A stretch of 64,000 nt of DNA from an uncultured virus (IMG/VR IMGVR_UViG_3300044641_005651). Taxonomy: Duplodnaviria > Heunggongvirae > Uroviricota > Caudoviricetes. The stretch is taken from IMG/VR virus record IMGVR_UViG_3300044641_005651; one strand, written 5' to 3'. Under the pieces are notes generated by a model. It did no database searches. It saw nothing but the letters and a program-made list of their open reading frames with translations, and was not told the origin of the DNA. The position numbers and the translations under genes are program-made. Within the stretch, counting starts at the first letter, position 1. Every line of letters begins with the position of its first letter. Of this stretch, positions 45,543 to 54,764 are shown in pieces.

Positions 45543-45811
45543 TGAAACTATTTGTTAAACATAACGACGTAACCAAAGCGTATAAGATTTTAACTAAAAA
45601 ATTAAACGATGAAGGTATTTTTAAGACTTTAAAATCTAAGGAACATTATCTTAGTAAGAGTCAGAAAATACGTGCTAAAAAGAAAATAGCCCTATCTAGG
45701 TTCAGAAAAGAACAGAAAAAGAAAAGAATGATAGAGGCTAGGCAAGAAGAGAAGTTTTTACTTTACTCTAAAAAATCAGGTAACTTTCAGCAGCCTAGAA
45801 GATACTCTTAA
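45542..45811 (+). CDS. rpsU: Ribosomal protein bS21-like
   Basis: VKHNDVTKAYKILTKKLNDEGIFKTLKSKEHYLSKSQK matches the bS21 pattern. Confidence 0.8.
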   Translation: MKLFVKHNDVTKAYKILTKKLNDEGIFKTLKSKEHYLSKSQKIRAKKKIALSRFRKEQKKKRMIEARQEEKFLLYSKKSGNFQQPRRYS

Positions 45812-45855
45812 AAATACAAGTTGTCTCATACTTATATATTTCATATAATACATAT

Positions 45856-46119
45856 ATGAAAGCATATAAAGGAAAGTTTACAAAAAAAGACGGATCTGAG
45901 CGAAAAATGGTTTTTGCAAAGATCCTAGACATTACTAAAGTTAATGACGAGTTTATCGCAGCAAAGATCGTAGGAGATGGTAGATCCAGAAACTATGGAC
46001 CCGGACAAGAACTTGTTTGGGATTTAGAGGCTGATGATTTTAGAATATTTAACTGGGAAAAAGCCGTAGAAATAGAAGAAATAACTATTTCTAAAAGTAT
46101 TTTTGAAGGAGTTAAATGA
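45856..46119 (+). CDS. SH3-fold/WYL-like phage protein
   Basis: FTKKDGSERKM...VWDLEADDFRIFN. Confidence 0.6.
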   Translation: MKAYKGKFTKKDGSERKMVFAKILDITKVNDEFIAAKIVGDGRSRNYGPGQELVWDLEADDFRIFNWEKAVEIEEITISKSIFEGVK

Positions 46120-46409
46120 CTGACGTCGATATTGTTTTAGCACAAGCAAGAAGATTATATCATCATTATACTAATTTAGAATCTCCTAATAGACAATTCT
46201 CTAGAGTAGCTGATGATTTTGGTTCGATAGTAGAAAATTTAGAATACATTCAATCAAAATTACATAGTGTTTCAACTAAAACATAACTACTTTAAAGGTC
46301 AAGTCGTAGAATTTAGTTATAATTACTGGTCCATCTATAATGAGGCTGGTAAGCTAATTCTGACTACTAAAGATAAAAAATATGCTGAGGCTAAATTGCA
46401 ACAACTAAA

Positions 46410-46697
46410 TAAGGCTTTAGCAGACAAGATCTCGTTGATAGCAGCGAAATAAGCATACTGGACACGGGGGCAGTGCCCGTCATCTCCACCATAAATATGT
46501 CGATTAGTAAACATTGACATATTTATAATGGGGATGAATTAGGATCGACAGGTGTGTAAAGGTTGAAGTAGAGATAGGTGCGCGAGCGACCTCTAATCGC
46601 AAGAAATCAATAAATGCTAACGATAATAGCATCGAAGAGATCCGCCTAGCGGCATAACTTCTGCGGTATGGGCTCCACCGTATTACCCAACGGGCCT
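46410..46697 (+). ncRNA. ssrA: Two-piece (permuted) tmRNA
   Basis: Acceptor piece ends CATCTCCACCA (46491); intervening hairpin; coding piece starts GGGGATG (46530, G3-U70); tag ANDNSIEEIRLAA* at 46616-46657; 5' boundary approximate. Confidence 0.9.
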
Positions 46698-46719
46698 ATT
46701 CCTTTTAGAAAGATTTTTA

Positions 46720-47430
46720 ATGTTTATTTATTGGAGAGTATGCGAATTACAAAAATCTATTAGCTACGTTAATAGATGGAAAAACTATAACAAAACAGAC
46801 ATCTTAAAAAGATGCTGGTTATCAGTTCAGAGTAGCGTATCTCCAGACGATCAAATCTATCTAATAGAAGATAATGTAACCCATGAGACTTTAACTTGGT
46901 TAAGAGAGACGTGCAAAGCAAAGCTAAGTATCATACACGTACCAGAACATGCATGGGAATATCATCAACATACAGTAACCTTGATAGATACGCTAGAATC
47001 CTCTGTTAAACAGTATGAGCAAGATGTTCATCTTATTTTAGAAGATGATTATCTGTTTACTCCAAACGGATTAAATACTTTTAAGTTGTCCGCTGAAAAT
47101 TGGAATCAAGGATTTATAGCTCCTTACGACTATATTGATAGATATAAAGAAATAAAACCCACTCAAGTTCTTTTAGGCCCAGATAGACATTGGCGTACAG
47201 TAGATAGTATTACTATGACTGTAGCAGCCAAAGGTTTTATCTGGGTTAAGTATTTAAAAGACTTAAAAGATGCAGCTCCTACCAGCAATGATAAAGTCTT
47301 CGATAAGATTTTATCTGAAGTGCCATGTATCTCTCCAATGCCTTCTTTATGCAGTCATCTTACCGAACATCATAATAGTCCTTACATGGATATAGAAAAT
47401 ATCTGGAAATATTACGAGAACAATCTATGA
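46720..47430 (+). CDS. GT-A fold glycosyltransferase-like protein
   Basis: LILEDDY; first gene of the glycosylation cluster. Confidence 0.6.
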   Translation: MFIYWRVCELQKSISYVNRWKNYNKTDILKRCWLSVQSSVSPDDQIYLIEDNVTHETLTWLRETCKAKLSIIHVPEHAWEYHQHTVTLIDTLESSVKQYEQDVHLILEDDYLFTPNGLNTFKLSAENWNQGFIAPYDYIDRYKEIKPTQVLLGPDRHWRTVDSITMTVAAKGFIWVKYLKDLKDAAPTSNDKVFDKILSEVPCISPMPSLCSHLTEHHNSPYMDIENIWKYYENNL

Positions 47431-48431
47431 AGATATATATAACAGGAATAGCAGGATTTTTAGGCAGTCACTTAGCTAAGAGATTTTTAATGAAAGGCCA
47501 CAAGGTATCTGGATGTGATACCCTTATAGGTGGTTATTTAGATAATTGTCCGCAACCAGCAGATTTTAAACAGATAGATATTTTAAACTATGAAGCTCTT
47601 GTAGAGCATATGAAAGATTCAGACATAGTTATTCACACTGCTGCTCTTGCTTATGAGGGTCTATCTGTATTTAGTCCTAAACTTGTTACAGAGAACATCT
47701 ACGCAGGAACTATGAGTGTTGCTACAGCAGCTATAGCTTCTAAAGCTAAACTATTATTGAACTGTAGTTCAATGGCTAGGTATGGTTTAATAGAAACTCC
47801 GTTTACAGAAAAGTCTGTATGCAATCCTATTGATCCATATGGGTTAGCTAAGTATCAAGCCGAACAAGCTATCAATTTACTTAGTGATATTCATGGCATT
47901 AAAGTAGTTCATGTGGTTCCTCATAATATAATAGGAACTCATCAAAAATATGATGATCCGTATAGAAATGTAGTGTCTATCTTTATTAATTCGTTGCTGC
48001 AAAGCAATAAGCTCATTATATATGGAGACGGATTACAGAAAAGAAGTTTCAGTCCTGTTGTAGATTGTATAAATGCGATTATTAGAATAATCGAAAAAGA
48101 AGATATTCCAAATAAAGAAATCTTTAATATAGGACCCGAGGGCAACGAGATTACTATTAAAGACTTAGCCTATAAAGTAGCACATCTATGTGGTATTTAT
48201 CCAAGTATTCAATACCTTGCTGATAGACCGCAAGAAGTAAAAAACGCATGGTGTAGTAGTGAAAAAGCTAGAATAGAGCTAAACTATGCGCCCAACACAA
48301 GTATGAACGATACCATTCAAGAAATGGTATCATGGATTCGCGGAAAGGGCGCTAAACCTTTCGATTACAAACTACCTTTAGAGATTATAAACGAGAAAAC
48401 ACCTAGGACATGGGTAGAAAAACTATATTAA
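47427..48431 (+). CDS. NAD-dependent sugar epimerase/dehydratase
   Basis: TGIAGFLG and YGLAK. Confidence 0.92.
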   Translation: MKIYITGIAGFLGSHLAKRFLMKGHKVSGCDTLIGGYLDNCPQPADFKQIDILNYEALVEHMKDSDIVIHTAALAYEGLSVFSPKLVTENIYAGTMSVATAAIASKAKLLLNCSSMARYGLIETPFTEKSVCNPIDPYGLAKYQAEQAINLLSDIHGIKVVHVVPHNIIGTHQKYDDPYRNVVSIFINSLLQSNKLIIYGDGLQKRSFSPVVDCINAIIRIIEKEDIPNKEIFNIGPEGNEITIKDLAYKVAHLCGIYPSIQYLADRPQEVKNAWCSSEKARIELNYAPNTSMNDTIQEMVSWIRGKGAKPFDYKLPLEIINEKTPRTWVEKLY

Positions 48432-49378
48432 TATTCAACTCCCAAGCAACGGGAGATTGTCTAATAGGCACTCATGCCGCTAGGTTTATAAAACAGGCGT
48501 ATCCAGATTCTCATATAATTTTTTGTGTAAGACAGAATTTGACACTTACTACAGCTGAAAATAATAAAAACGGTATCTTTGAAGTTTTAGAAATATTGGA
48601 ACTTCAAGAACATATAGATGACGTTGGTTTTATTGATTTTCAAGGTAATGTTAATACTAAAAATAATTCTCTTACCAGTTCTCCAGATATTATATATCAA
48701 CAACACGGATGGTTTTCTGATTTAGGCGTCGTAAAAAGCGCACTTACTGAGATAGCAGAAGAAATTGGTTGGAATAATATTCACACAGAAACTAAGTTCT
48801 CCGTTGGAGAAGAAGCACACAAATACAGTCAATTTACTGTAGCTACTGCTGGTCCTCTAGATTGGAATAGAAAACTAAATAAAAATCTAGACTACGGCAA
48901 AATATTTAATTACTTAAGGTCTCTAATACCTGACGTGCGTATAATACCGCTTGGTAGAGATGTTAGTGATTCTAGCTATTTAACCTCTCTTAGAGAGTTG
49001 AATAAATGTCATATGTATTTAGGACCTATGGGTTCTATGACAGCTATGGCAGCAGGTCTAGGAATAGATACTATAAATATATGTAGTGTTTTTCCACCTA
49101 CATTTGATTCTCCAGAGTTTTATCATAGCGGAAATCATCACAGCGTAACTGCAAAAGAAGATAAACATTGCGGAACTTATGCATGTATTAAACCTGCCTT
49201 TTATAAAAAAGAATATAGTAAGACCAAGATAGGTAATCCAGAAACTGAATATCCTTTTTGGACTAACACTTGTGGATACCGAGAAGATAAAAAATCTTGT
49301 GTAATAAATATAACAGAAGACGATATTATAGAAAAGATTGATAAATGGTTCAAACAGTTACATTCGAAGATCAAATAG
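48410..49378 (+). CDS. Glycosyltransferase family 9-like protein
   Basis: ATGDCL N-terminus, MTAMAAGLGI, Cys-rich tail ending CVINIT. Confidence 0.55.
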   Translation: MGRKTILIFNSQATGDCLIGTHAARFIKQAYPDSHIIFCVRQNLTLTTAENNKNGIFEVLEILELQEHIDDVGFIDFQGNVNTKNNSLTSSPDIIYQQHGWFSDLGVVKSALTEIAEEIGWNNIHTETKFSVGEEAHKYSQFTVATAGPLDWNRKLNKNLDYGKIFNYLRSLIPDVRIIPLGRDVSDSSYLTSLRELNKCHMYLGPMGSMTAMAAGLGIDTINICSVFPPTFDSPEFYHSGNHHSVTAKEDKHCGTYACIKPAFYKKEYSKTKIGNPETEYPFWTNTCGYREDKKSCVINITEDDIIEKIDKWFKQLHSKIK

Positions 49379-49854
49379 TTCCAGAGTATATTACAAAAGG
49401 TAATCATACCAGATTCATAGAGCCTTTAGCTTTAGAAGTATGTAAAGGTCACGGGTTAGATATAGGTTGTAATAGAGTAGAGTGGGCCTTAAAAGGCGCA
49501 GTGCCTATAGATCCAGTCATAGATCCTAATAGCCATGCGCTCTCATTACCTTTAAGATATGGCGGATGGAATTATATTTATAGTTCACATTGTCTAGAGC
49601 ATATTCCTGACTACATGGAAGTCTTACGTTTTTGGACTGCATGCCTAGCTCCGAAAGGAACTCTATTTTTATATTTACCACATCCAGATTGTAAATATTG
49701 GAGACCTTGGAAAATGCCTACTCGTAAACATTTACATCAGTTCTACCCAGAACAAATTCATGACGTTTTAAGCAGTCTTGGATATAAAAACATATTTGTA
49801 AGTGGTAGAGATTTGGCTTTTAGTTTTGCAGCATTTGGAGAAAAAAGTGAATAA
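49345..49854 (+). CDS. Class I SAM-dependent methyltransferase
   Basis: GLDIGC, SSHCLEH and LFLYLP. Confidence 0.85.
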   Translation: MVQTVTFEDQIVPEYITKGNHTRFIEPLALEVCKGHGLDIGCNRVEWALKGAVPIDPVIDPNSHALSLPLRYGGWNYIYSSHCLEHIPDYMEVLRFWTACLAPKGTLFLYLPHPDCKYWRPWKMPTRKHLHQFYPEQIHDVLSSLGYKNIFVSGRDLAFSFAAFGEKSE

Positions 49855-50599
49855 GGTATCTATTATAACTCCATATCTTTTTGAAGAAGAAATCAGCCAC
49901 CTTAAACAAGCATCTGTTTTCTTAGATGCCGAGTTTATTTTCGAAGAAGATACTGCCAGAATAGGCTGCGATCTCATGTATCAAAAATTATGGAAAAAGG
50001 CAAATCCTAATGACGTAATTATTTTACACTCTGATATGGATTTTTACAATGGTATTGAAAACTGGTTTAATGACTTATTAAAGTATGTTAATAAATACCC
50101 AGAAGCAGGAATGTTTGGTTGTAAACTACTATACCCTTTAAAAAATAAGAATAACCAACCACTTATTCAATGTGCTGGTGGAAAATTTTTAGAGGACGGC
50201 GCTCCAGATCATTTTGGTTCTGGTATAGATGTATTTTCTCAAAAAACATTTAAAGACGTTGAACCTGATTTAGGTCAATATGATTACGTTAGGGAAGTAG
50301 CTTGGACTACTTTTGGTGGGATATACATTCGCAGACAGCTATTAGATCAAGTCGGAGATTTTGATCCTAGCTTTGAGTGGACATATAAAAGAGACGTTGA
50401 TTATTGTTTGATGGCTAGAGATAAAGGTTGGAAGATATACCAGGTGCCTGTCCCTCTATACCATTTTGAAAGTAAAGATGTAAAGAGAATTAGGACTCAA
50501 TCAAATGCAGATGCTGAGACTAGAAATATGCAAAGGCTATTAAACAAATGGAAAGGTTCAGAGTTGTATAAAACTCTCGACATTAAAATTAATGACTAA
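49847..50599 (+). CDS. Glycosyltransferase family 2
   Basis: LHSDM, GCKLLYP, VGDFD, DVDYC and HFES; GTG start. Confidence 0.85.
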   Translation: MNKVSIITPYLFEEEISHLKQASVFLDAEFIFEEDTARIGCDLMYQKLWKKANPNDVIILHSDMDFYNGIENWFNDLLKYVNKYPEAGMFGCKLLYPLKNKNNQPLIQCAGGKFLEDGAPDHFGSGIDVFSQKTFKDVEPDLGQYDYVREVAWTTFGGIYIRRQLLDQVGDFDPSFEWTYKRDVDYCLMARDKGWKIYQVPVPLYHFESKDVKRIRTQSNADAETRNMQRLLNKWKGSELYKTLDIKIND

Positions 50600-50852
50600 G
50601 TATATTAAAAAAGAAGAATTTGAAAAAACACTAGAAACTACTATTGGCAAGTCTAATAAACAAGAGTCAATAATACTAGAAGCATATACTGGTTGGTTAT
50701 GTGGATGGGTGCTGGCTATTTTTTCTATAGCATTCCTCTTAGCATTCGTATTATTATGCATATTACCTTTAGTTTTAGTCTTTGGACCAATTATATTACT
50801 AGAGTTATGGATTACAGGAGCACTTACCCGTGAACGAAGAAAAAACAAATAA
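50592..50852 (+). CDS. Small membrane protein
   Basis: Long hydrophobic segment. Confidence 0.55.
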   Translation: MTKYIKKEEFEKTLETTIGKSNKQESIILEAYTGWLCGWVLAIFSIAFLLAFVLLCILPLVLVFGPIILLELWITGALTRERRKNK

Positions 50853-51579
50853 ATTAATAGAATTAGCTACTAAGTCATACGAAAACTCCCAGAGAAATCT
50901 TTCAAAAATTGCTAATGACTGGAGAGTAATGGATCAATACTCAGTGTCTTCAAAGAAATTTAAAAATCTTTTAAGCAATCTGTGTAGCCTAGAAAATTGT
51001 TGTTATCTTGAATTAGGATGTTTTAGAGGCGGTACTTTAACCGCTGCACTAATGCAAAATAAACTTTTAGCAGCTTATGCAGTAGATAACTTTACCTATA
51101 ACCCGTTAGGCCAACATAAAGATCCAGAAACAGGAAAGATATCTTCTTATAACCCTGACGGATGGCCTAATGTTAAATTGAACCTAATTGAAAATCTGGA
51201 AAAACTAAGTCTAGATAAATCAGTAAAAGTATTTATGGGAGACTGGGATAAAATATCTCCTACATTTATTAAACATAAGCTTAACATTATACATTTAGAT
51301 ATACCACATAAAACTAACGATATTTTAAATTTTTATGATAATAAGTTTGATGATGTATTTATATTAGTCGTAACTAACTATAACGAAAGAGAAATAAGAG
51401 AAGACGTAGACAAGTATATCTCTGATAAAAAATATGAGGTAAAGCACAAAATAACCACATACAGTGCTTCTAATGCAGACACCGAAGGATGGTGGAATGG
51501 CGTAAGCGTTATGGTAATTCAAAAACAAAATGAGGTTTTAAATGAGAAAAAAGTCAGTAATCAGCCTAATCAGTTATGA
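50830..51579 (+). CDS. Class I SAM-dependent methyltransferase-like protein
   Basis: YLELGCFRGGT, AVDNF and WWNG. Confidence 0.7.
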   Translation: MNEEKTNKLIELATKSYENSQRNLSKIANDWRVMDQYSVSSKKFKNLLSNLCSLENCCYLELGCFRGGTLTAALMQNKLLAAYAVDNFTYNPLGQHKDPETGKISSYNPDGWPNVKLNLIENLEKLSLDKSVKVFMGDWDKISPTFIKHKLNIIHLDIPHKTNDILNFYDNKFDDVFILVVTNYNEREIREDVDKYISDKKYEVKHKITTYSASNADTEGWWNGVSVMVIQKQNEVLNEKKVSNQPNQL

Positions 51580-52363
51580 TGCGGAATATCTTCCAGATAG
51601 TATTCTCAGCTACTATGACTATGTAGATGAAATTGTCCTTGGATTAGACGAGGATAGGATTACCTGGAGCGGTAATAAATTCTCTTTTGACGAAGCAAAA
51701 CTATATTCAGCGTTAAAAGCAATAGACGTAGATAATAAAATTTCTATAATAGAGCATAACTTTCATCACAGTAAAGTAGCATTAGAAAACGATAACTTTG
51801 AAAGAAATTATTTAAAATCTCAATGCACTAATGATTGGATTTTTAGTGTTGATGCAGATGAGACTCTGTTGAATTCTAAAGACTTTTTCTTGAAATTCTT
51901 ACCGCTGGTTGAGAGATATAACAATAGTGTTGATCTGTTGTTTACATGGTTTTTACCTTATAAAGAATTTGACGATTCATATTTAGTTATTGCTAACGAA
52001 GACAATACTTGGTTTAGAGGTGATACACAAGGGTTTGTAACACATAAAAATAACGAATATACCTATTGTAGATGGACTAATAACAGAAAACACCTGCGCA
52101 CTCCTCTAGCAGTTTTACACTGGAGTTTCTGTAGAAAAGAAACTAAGCTAGATCAGAAATTAAATAATTTTGGACATAGCGATAAAACTGCAAAAGATCC
52201 TTTCTTTCATAATTGGAAATTGGTAAATCTAGATAACTATACACAGTTAAGAAATTTTAAAACTAGTGGATATGGTGCTAACCAATGGGAGAAGCTAGTC
52301 AGGGTTCCTAAAAAAGAATTTCTAAATATTGCAAATCAAGAAGCTAGAAGAGTGTACACATGA
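51542..52363 (+). CDS. Glycosyltransferase family 2
   Basis: YVDEIV, ERN and WIFSVDADE. Confidence 0.8.
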   Translation: MRKKSVISLISYDAEYLPDSILSYYDYVDEIVLGLDEDRITWSGNKFSFDEAKLYSALKAIDVDNKISIIEHNFHHSKVALENDNFERNYLKSQCTNDWIFSVDADETLLNSKDFFLKFLPLVERYNNSVDLLFTWFLPYKEFDDSYLVIANEDNTWFRGDTQGFVTHKNNEYTYCRWTNNRKHLRTPLAVLHWSFCRKETKLDQKLNNFGHSDKTAKDPFFHNWKLVNLDNYTQLRNFKTSGYGANQWEKLVRVPKKEFLNIANQEARRVYT

Positions 52364-53529
52364 AAGTAGAAATTGTAGGTAAATTTTTTGATAATCATAG
52401 CTTATCTATTATTAATAGATATATTGCTATTGAACTAGATAAGCTTAGTGAAACTAACGAAGTTGAAGTATGTATTACTCCAATAGATAAGTTAGATCCT
52501 TCTTTTAAAGTAGACAAAAAATTCTTAAAAAGACTAACTGAATTATCTAAAGATAGAAACCCAGATAAAAAGGTAGATATTCAAATTAGACATACTTATC
52601 CTCCTATGTGGGTGTGGCCTAATAACCCAGAGACTAAGGTTATTTATATTCAACCATGGGAGTTCTCTAGAGTTCCTTTTGAATGGCAGTATAAGTTTGA
52701 AACCTTTGCAGACCATGTGATAGTTCCTAGCACTTGGGTTAGAGATAGATACTTAGAAGGTGGAATAAATCCTAGCAAGATAACTGTAATTCCTAATGGG
52801 TATAACCCAGAAGTCTTTAATAAAGAAGGCGCTTTAACTTCTTTATTCGATAATAAAAAGTTTACTTTCACGTTTGTTGGGTGTGGACAGTTTAGAAAAG
52901 GTATTGATGTTTTAATAGACACCTTTAAAGAAGTATTTGTAAAAGCTGATGCTGTAAGATTGTTTATTAAAGACTCTCCGCAGATATACGGAAATAATAA
53001 TCTTCTACATGAACTCACAAGAATACAATACTATAAGAGCTGTGCCGAAATAATACTCAATGATGACTCTTTATCAGAAGAGGAAATGGCTCAAATCTAT
53101 CGTTCTACAGATGTATTAGTGCATCCATATAGAGGAGAAGGTTTTGGTATGCATGTGCAGGAAGCTATGGCTTGCGGAGCATTTCCATTGATTACAGGCG
53201 GAGGTCCTACAGATGATTTCGTTAATGAAGAGTGTGGCCTGAGAATAAACTCTAGCAAGAGATTAGTTAATTTTAATGATGAAAAGATATTTGCTACTAA
53301 ACCCGGAGACAGCTTAACTAACATGGGCAGCCATGGATGGGTTTTAGAACCAGACGCTACAGATCTTAGAAATAAAATGCAGTATCTATATTACCATCAG
53401 GAAAAAGATAGCATATTATCGAAAGTTAATAACGCTAAGCTGTTTACATGGGAATCTGTGGCAAAAAATTATTTCCAGACATTAGCACACATAGTATTAG
53501 ACACAAGAAAACCAACTAGAATAAAATAG
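52360..53529 (+). CDS. GT-B glycosyltransferase (GT4-like)
   Basis: VIPNG, RKGIDVL and HPYRGEGFGMHVQEAMACG. Confidence 0.9.
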   Translation: MKVEIVGKFFDNHSLSIINRYIAIELDKLSETNEVEVCITPIDKLDPSFKVDKKFLKRLTELSKDRNPDKKVDIQIRHTYPPMWVWPNNPETKVIYIQPWEFSRVPFEWQYKFETFADHVIVPSTWVRDRYLEGGINPSKITVIPNGYNPEVFNKEGALTSLFDNKKFTFTFVGCGQFRKGIDVLIDTFKEVFVKADAVRLFIKDSPQIYGNNNLLHELTRIQYYKSCAEIILNDDSLSEEEMAQIYRSTDVLVHPYRGEGFGMHVQEAMACGAFPLITGGGPTDDFVNEECGLRINSSKRLVNFNDEKIFATKPGDSLTNMGSHGWVLEPDATDLRNKMQYLYYHQEKDSILSKVNNAKLFTWESVAKNYFQTLAHIVLDTRKPTRIK

Positions 53530-53581
53530 TTGCTTGCTTACTACTACACAATAGTGTTATTATTCTTTTAAAGGTAAAAAA

Positions 53582-53857
53582 GTGTATTATGACGATTTAG
53601 ATTTTGGCATAGCTTATATGAAATCTGACTATAGCGGTGTCAAAGTCACCATGAATTCTTTTAGAGACAGAACATATATTCATATTAGAGAATATTTATT
53701 CGACCCAGATGAAGAAGTATGGTTTCCAACTAAAAAAGGATATGCTTTAAATGCAAATGAAGTAGATACTGTTATTCACTTGTTAACTAAAGCTAGTAAA
53801 AAACTAAGTGCTGATTATAAACCAGATGATCAGTTAGAATTTAATTTTGAGGAGTAA
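53582..53857 (+). CDS. PC4-like single-stranded DNA-binding protein
   Basis: FRDRTYIHIREY...WFPTKKG; T5 SSB is also PC4-like. Confidence 0.8.
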   Translation: MYYDDLDFGIAYMKSDYSGVKVTMNSFRDRTYIHIREYLFDPDEEVWFPTKKGYALNANEVDTVIHLLTKASKKLSADYKPDDQLEFNFEE

Positions 53858-53859
53858 TA

Positions 53860-54183
53860 ATGAGTACAAAAGCCTGGTCCGATGAAGAAGAAGCAAAGTT
53901 AAAAGACCTATATTTAACTAAAACACAAGACATAGAAGAGATTGCACAAGAGTTTCCGCATAAAGGATATAGAAGTATTATCTCTAAACTAGTTCAGTTA
54001 AAGATTTATCAAAAGCCAGAAGAGGCTCAGCCTGATAAAACAAAAACAGTTAAGTTGATGTTGCGAGATCTCGAAACTATGTTAGACATAGAGATAGAAG
54101 GCACTAATCTTAACAAAAAAGAAAATCTAAAAAATCTAGTAGAATCTGTAACTAGACTTTATACTTTAGCAAACGATAAATGA
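53860..54183 (+). CDS. HTH protein, paralogous to the A2-like gene
   Basis: WSDEEE...RSIISKLVQLKIY resembles 3165-3500. Confidence 0.5.
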   Translation: MSTKAWSDEEEAKLKDLYLTKTQDIEEIAQEFPHKGYRSIISKLVQLKIYQKPEEAQPDKTKTVKLMLRDLETMLDIEIEGTNLNKKENLKNLVESVTRLYTLANDK

Positions 54184-54752
54184 TTATAGGAATTAGCGGT
54201 AAGCTATACAGCGGCAAAGACACCCTAGCTTCTTGCCTTTTGCATGAGTTTGACGACTATGGTGTTACTTTTATGCAAAAATCTTTTGCCTTTAAGCTCA
54301 AGAAAATGGGCGCATACTTAACAAATACTCCAGAAATTTGGTGGTTTACTCAAGAAGGTAAGCAACATTATTTACCTAAATGGGACATGACCATAGGAGA
54401 ATTTCAACAAAAACTAGGAACAGAAGCCATGCGAGATAATATTCATCCAGACGGATGGGTAATAGCGTTAATGTCTGAATACTCATCTTTTGATAACTGG
54501 ATAATTACAGATGTTAGATTCCCTAACGAAGCAGAAGCAATAAAAAAAGAAGGTGGAATCCTTATTAGGATAGATGGTGACCCTTCTGACGGAAGAAAAA
54601 ACTCTAAAAGAGATCTAAATCATCCAAGTGAAACATTGCTAGATAACTACGATGGTTTTGATTATAAGATACTTAATGTGCCTCCTATTGAAATGCTACA
54701 GAAGCAAGCACATACTATTGCTTTTAACTTGCTAAGATCTAGAATTTATTAA
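54180..54752 (+). CDS. Deoxynucleoside monophosphate kinase
   Basis: GISGKLYSGKDT, QKLGTE, ITDVRFPNE and HPSE. Confidence 0.9.
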   Translation: MIIGISGKLYSGKDTLASCLLHEFDDYGVTFMQKSFAFKLKKMGAYLTNTPEIWWFTQEGKQHYLPKWDMTIGEFQQKLGTEAMRDNIHPDGWVIALMSEYSSFDNWIITDVRFPNEAEAIKKEGGILIRIDGDPSDGRKNSKRDLNHPSETLLDNYDGFDYKILNVPPIEMLQKQAHTIAFNLLRSRIY

Positions 54753-54764
54753 TATAATATAAGA

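Noticed and set aside
46267..46452. 61-aa ORF overlapping the 5' part of the tmRNA
   Set aside because: Plausible but unresolved: GTG start without a clear RBS and overlap with the acceptor piece, so it is not listed as a feature.
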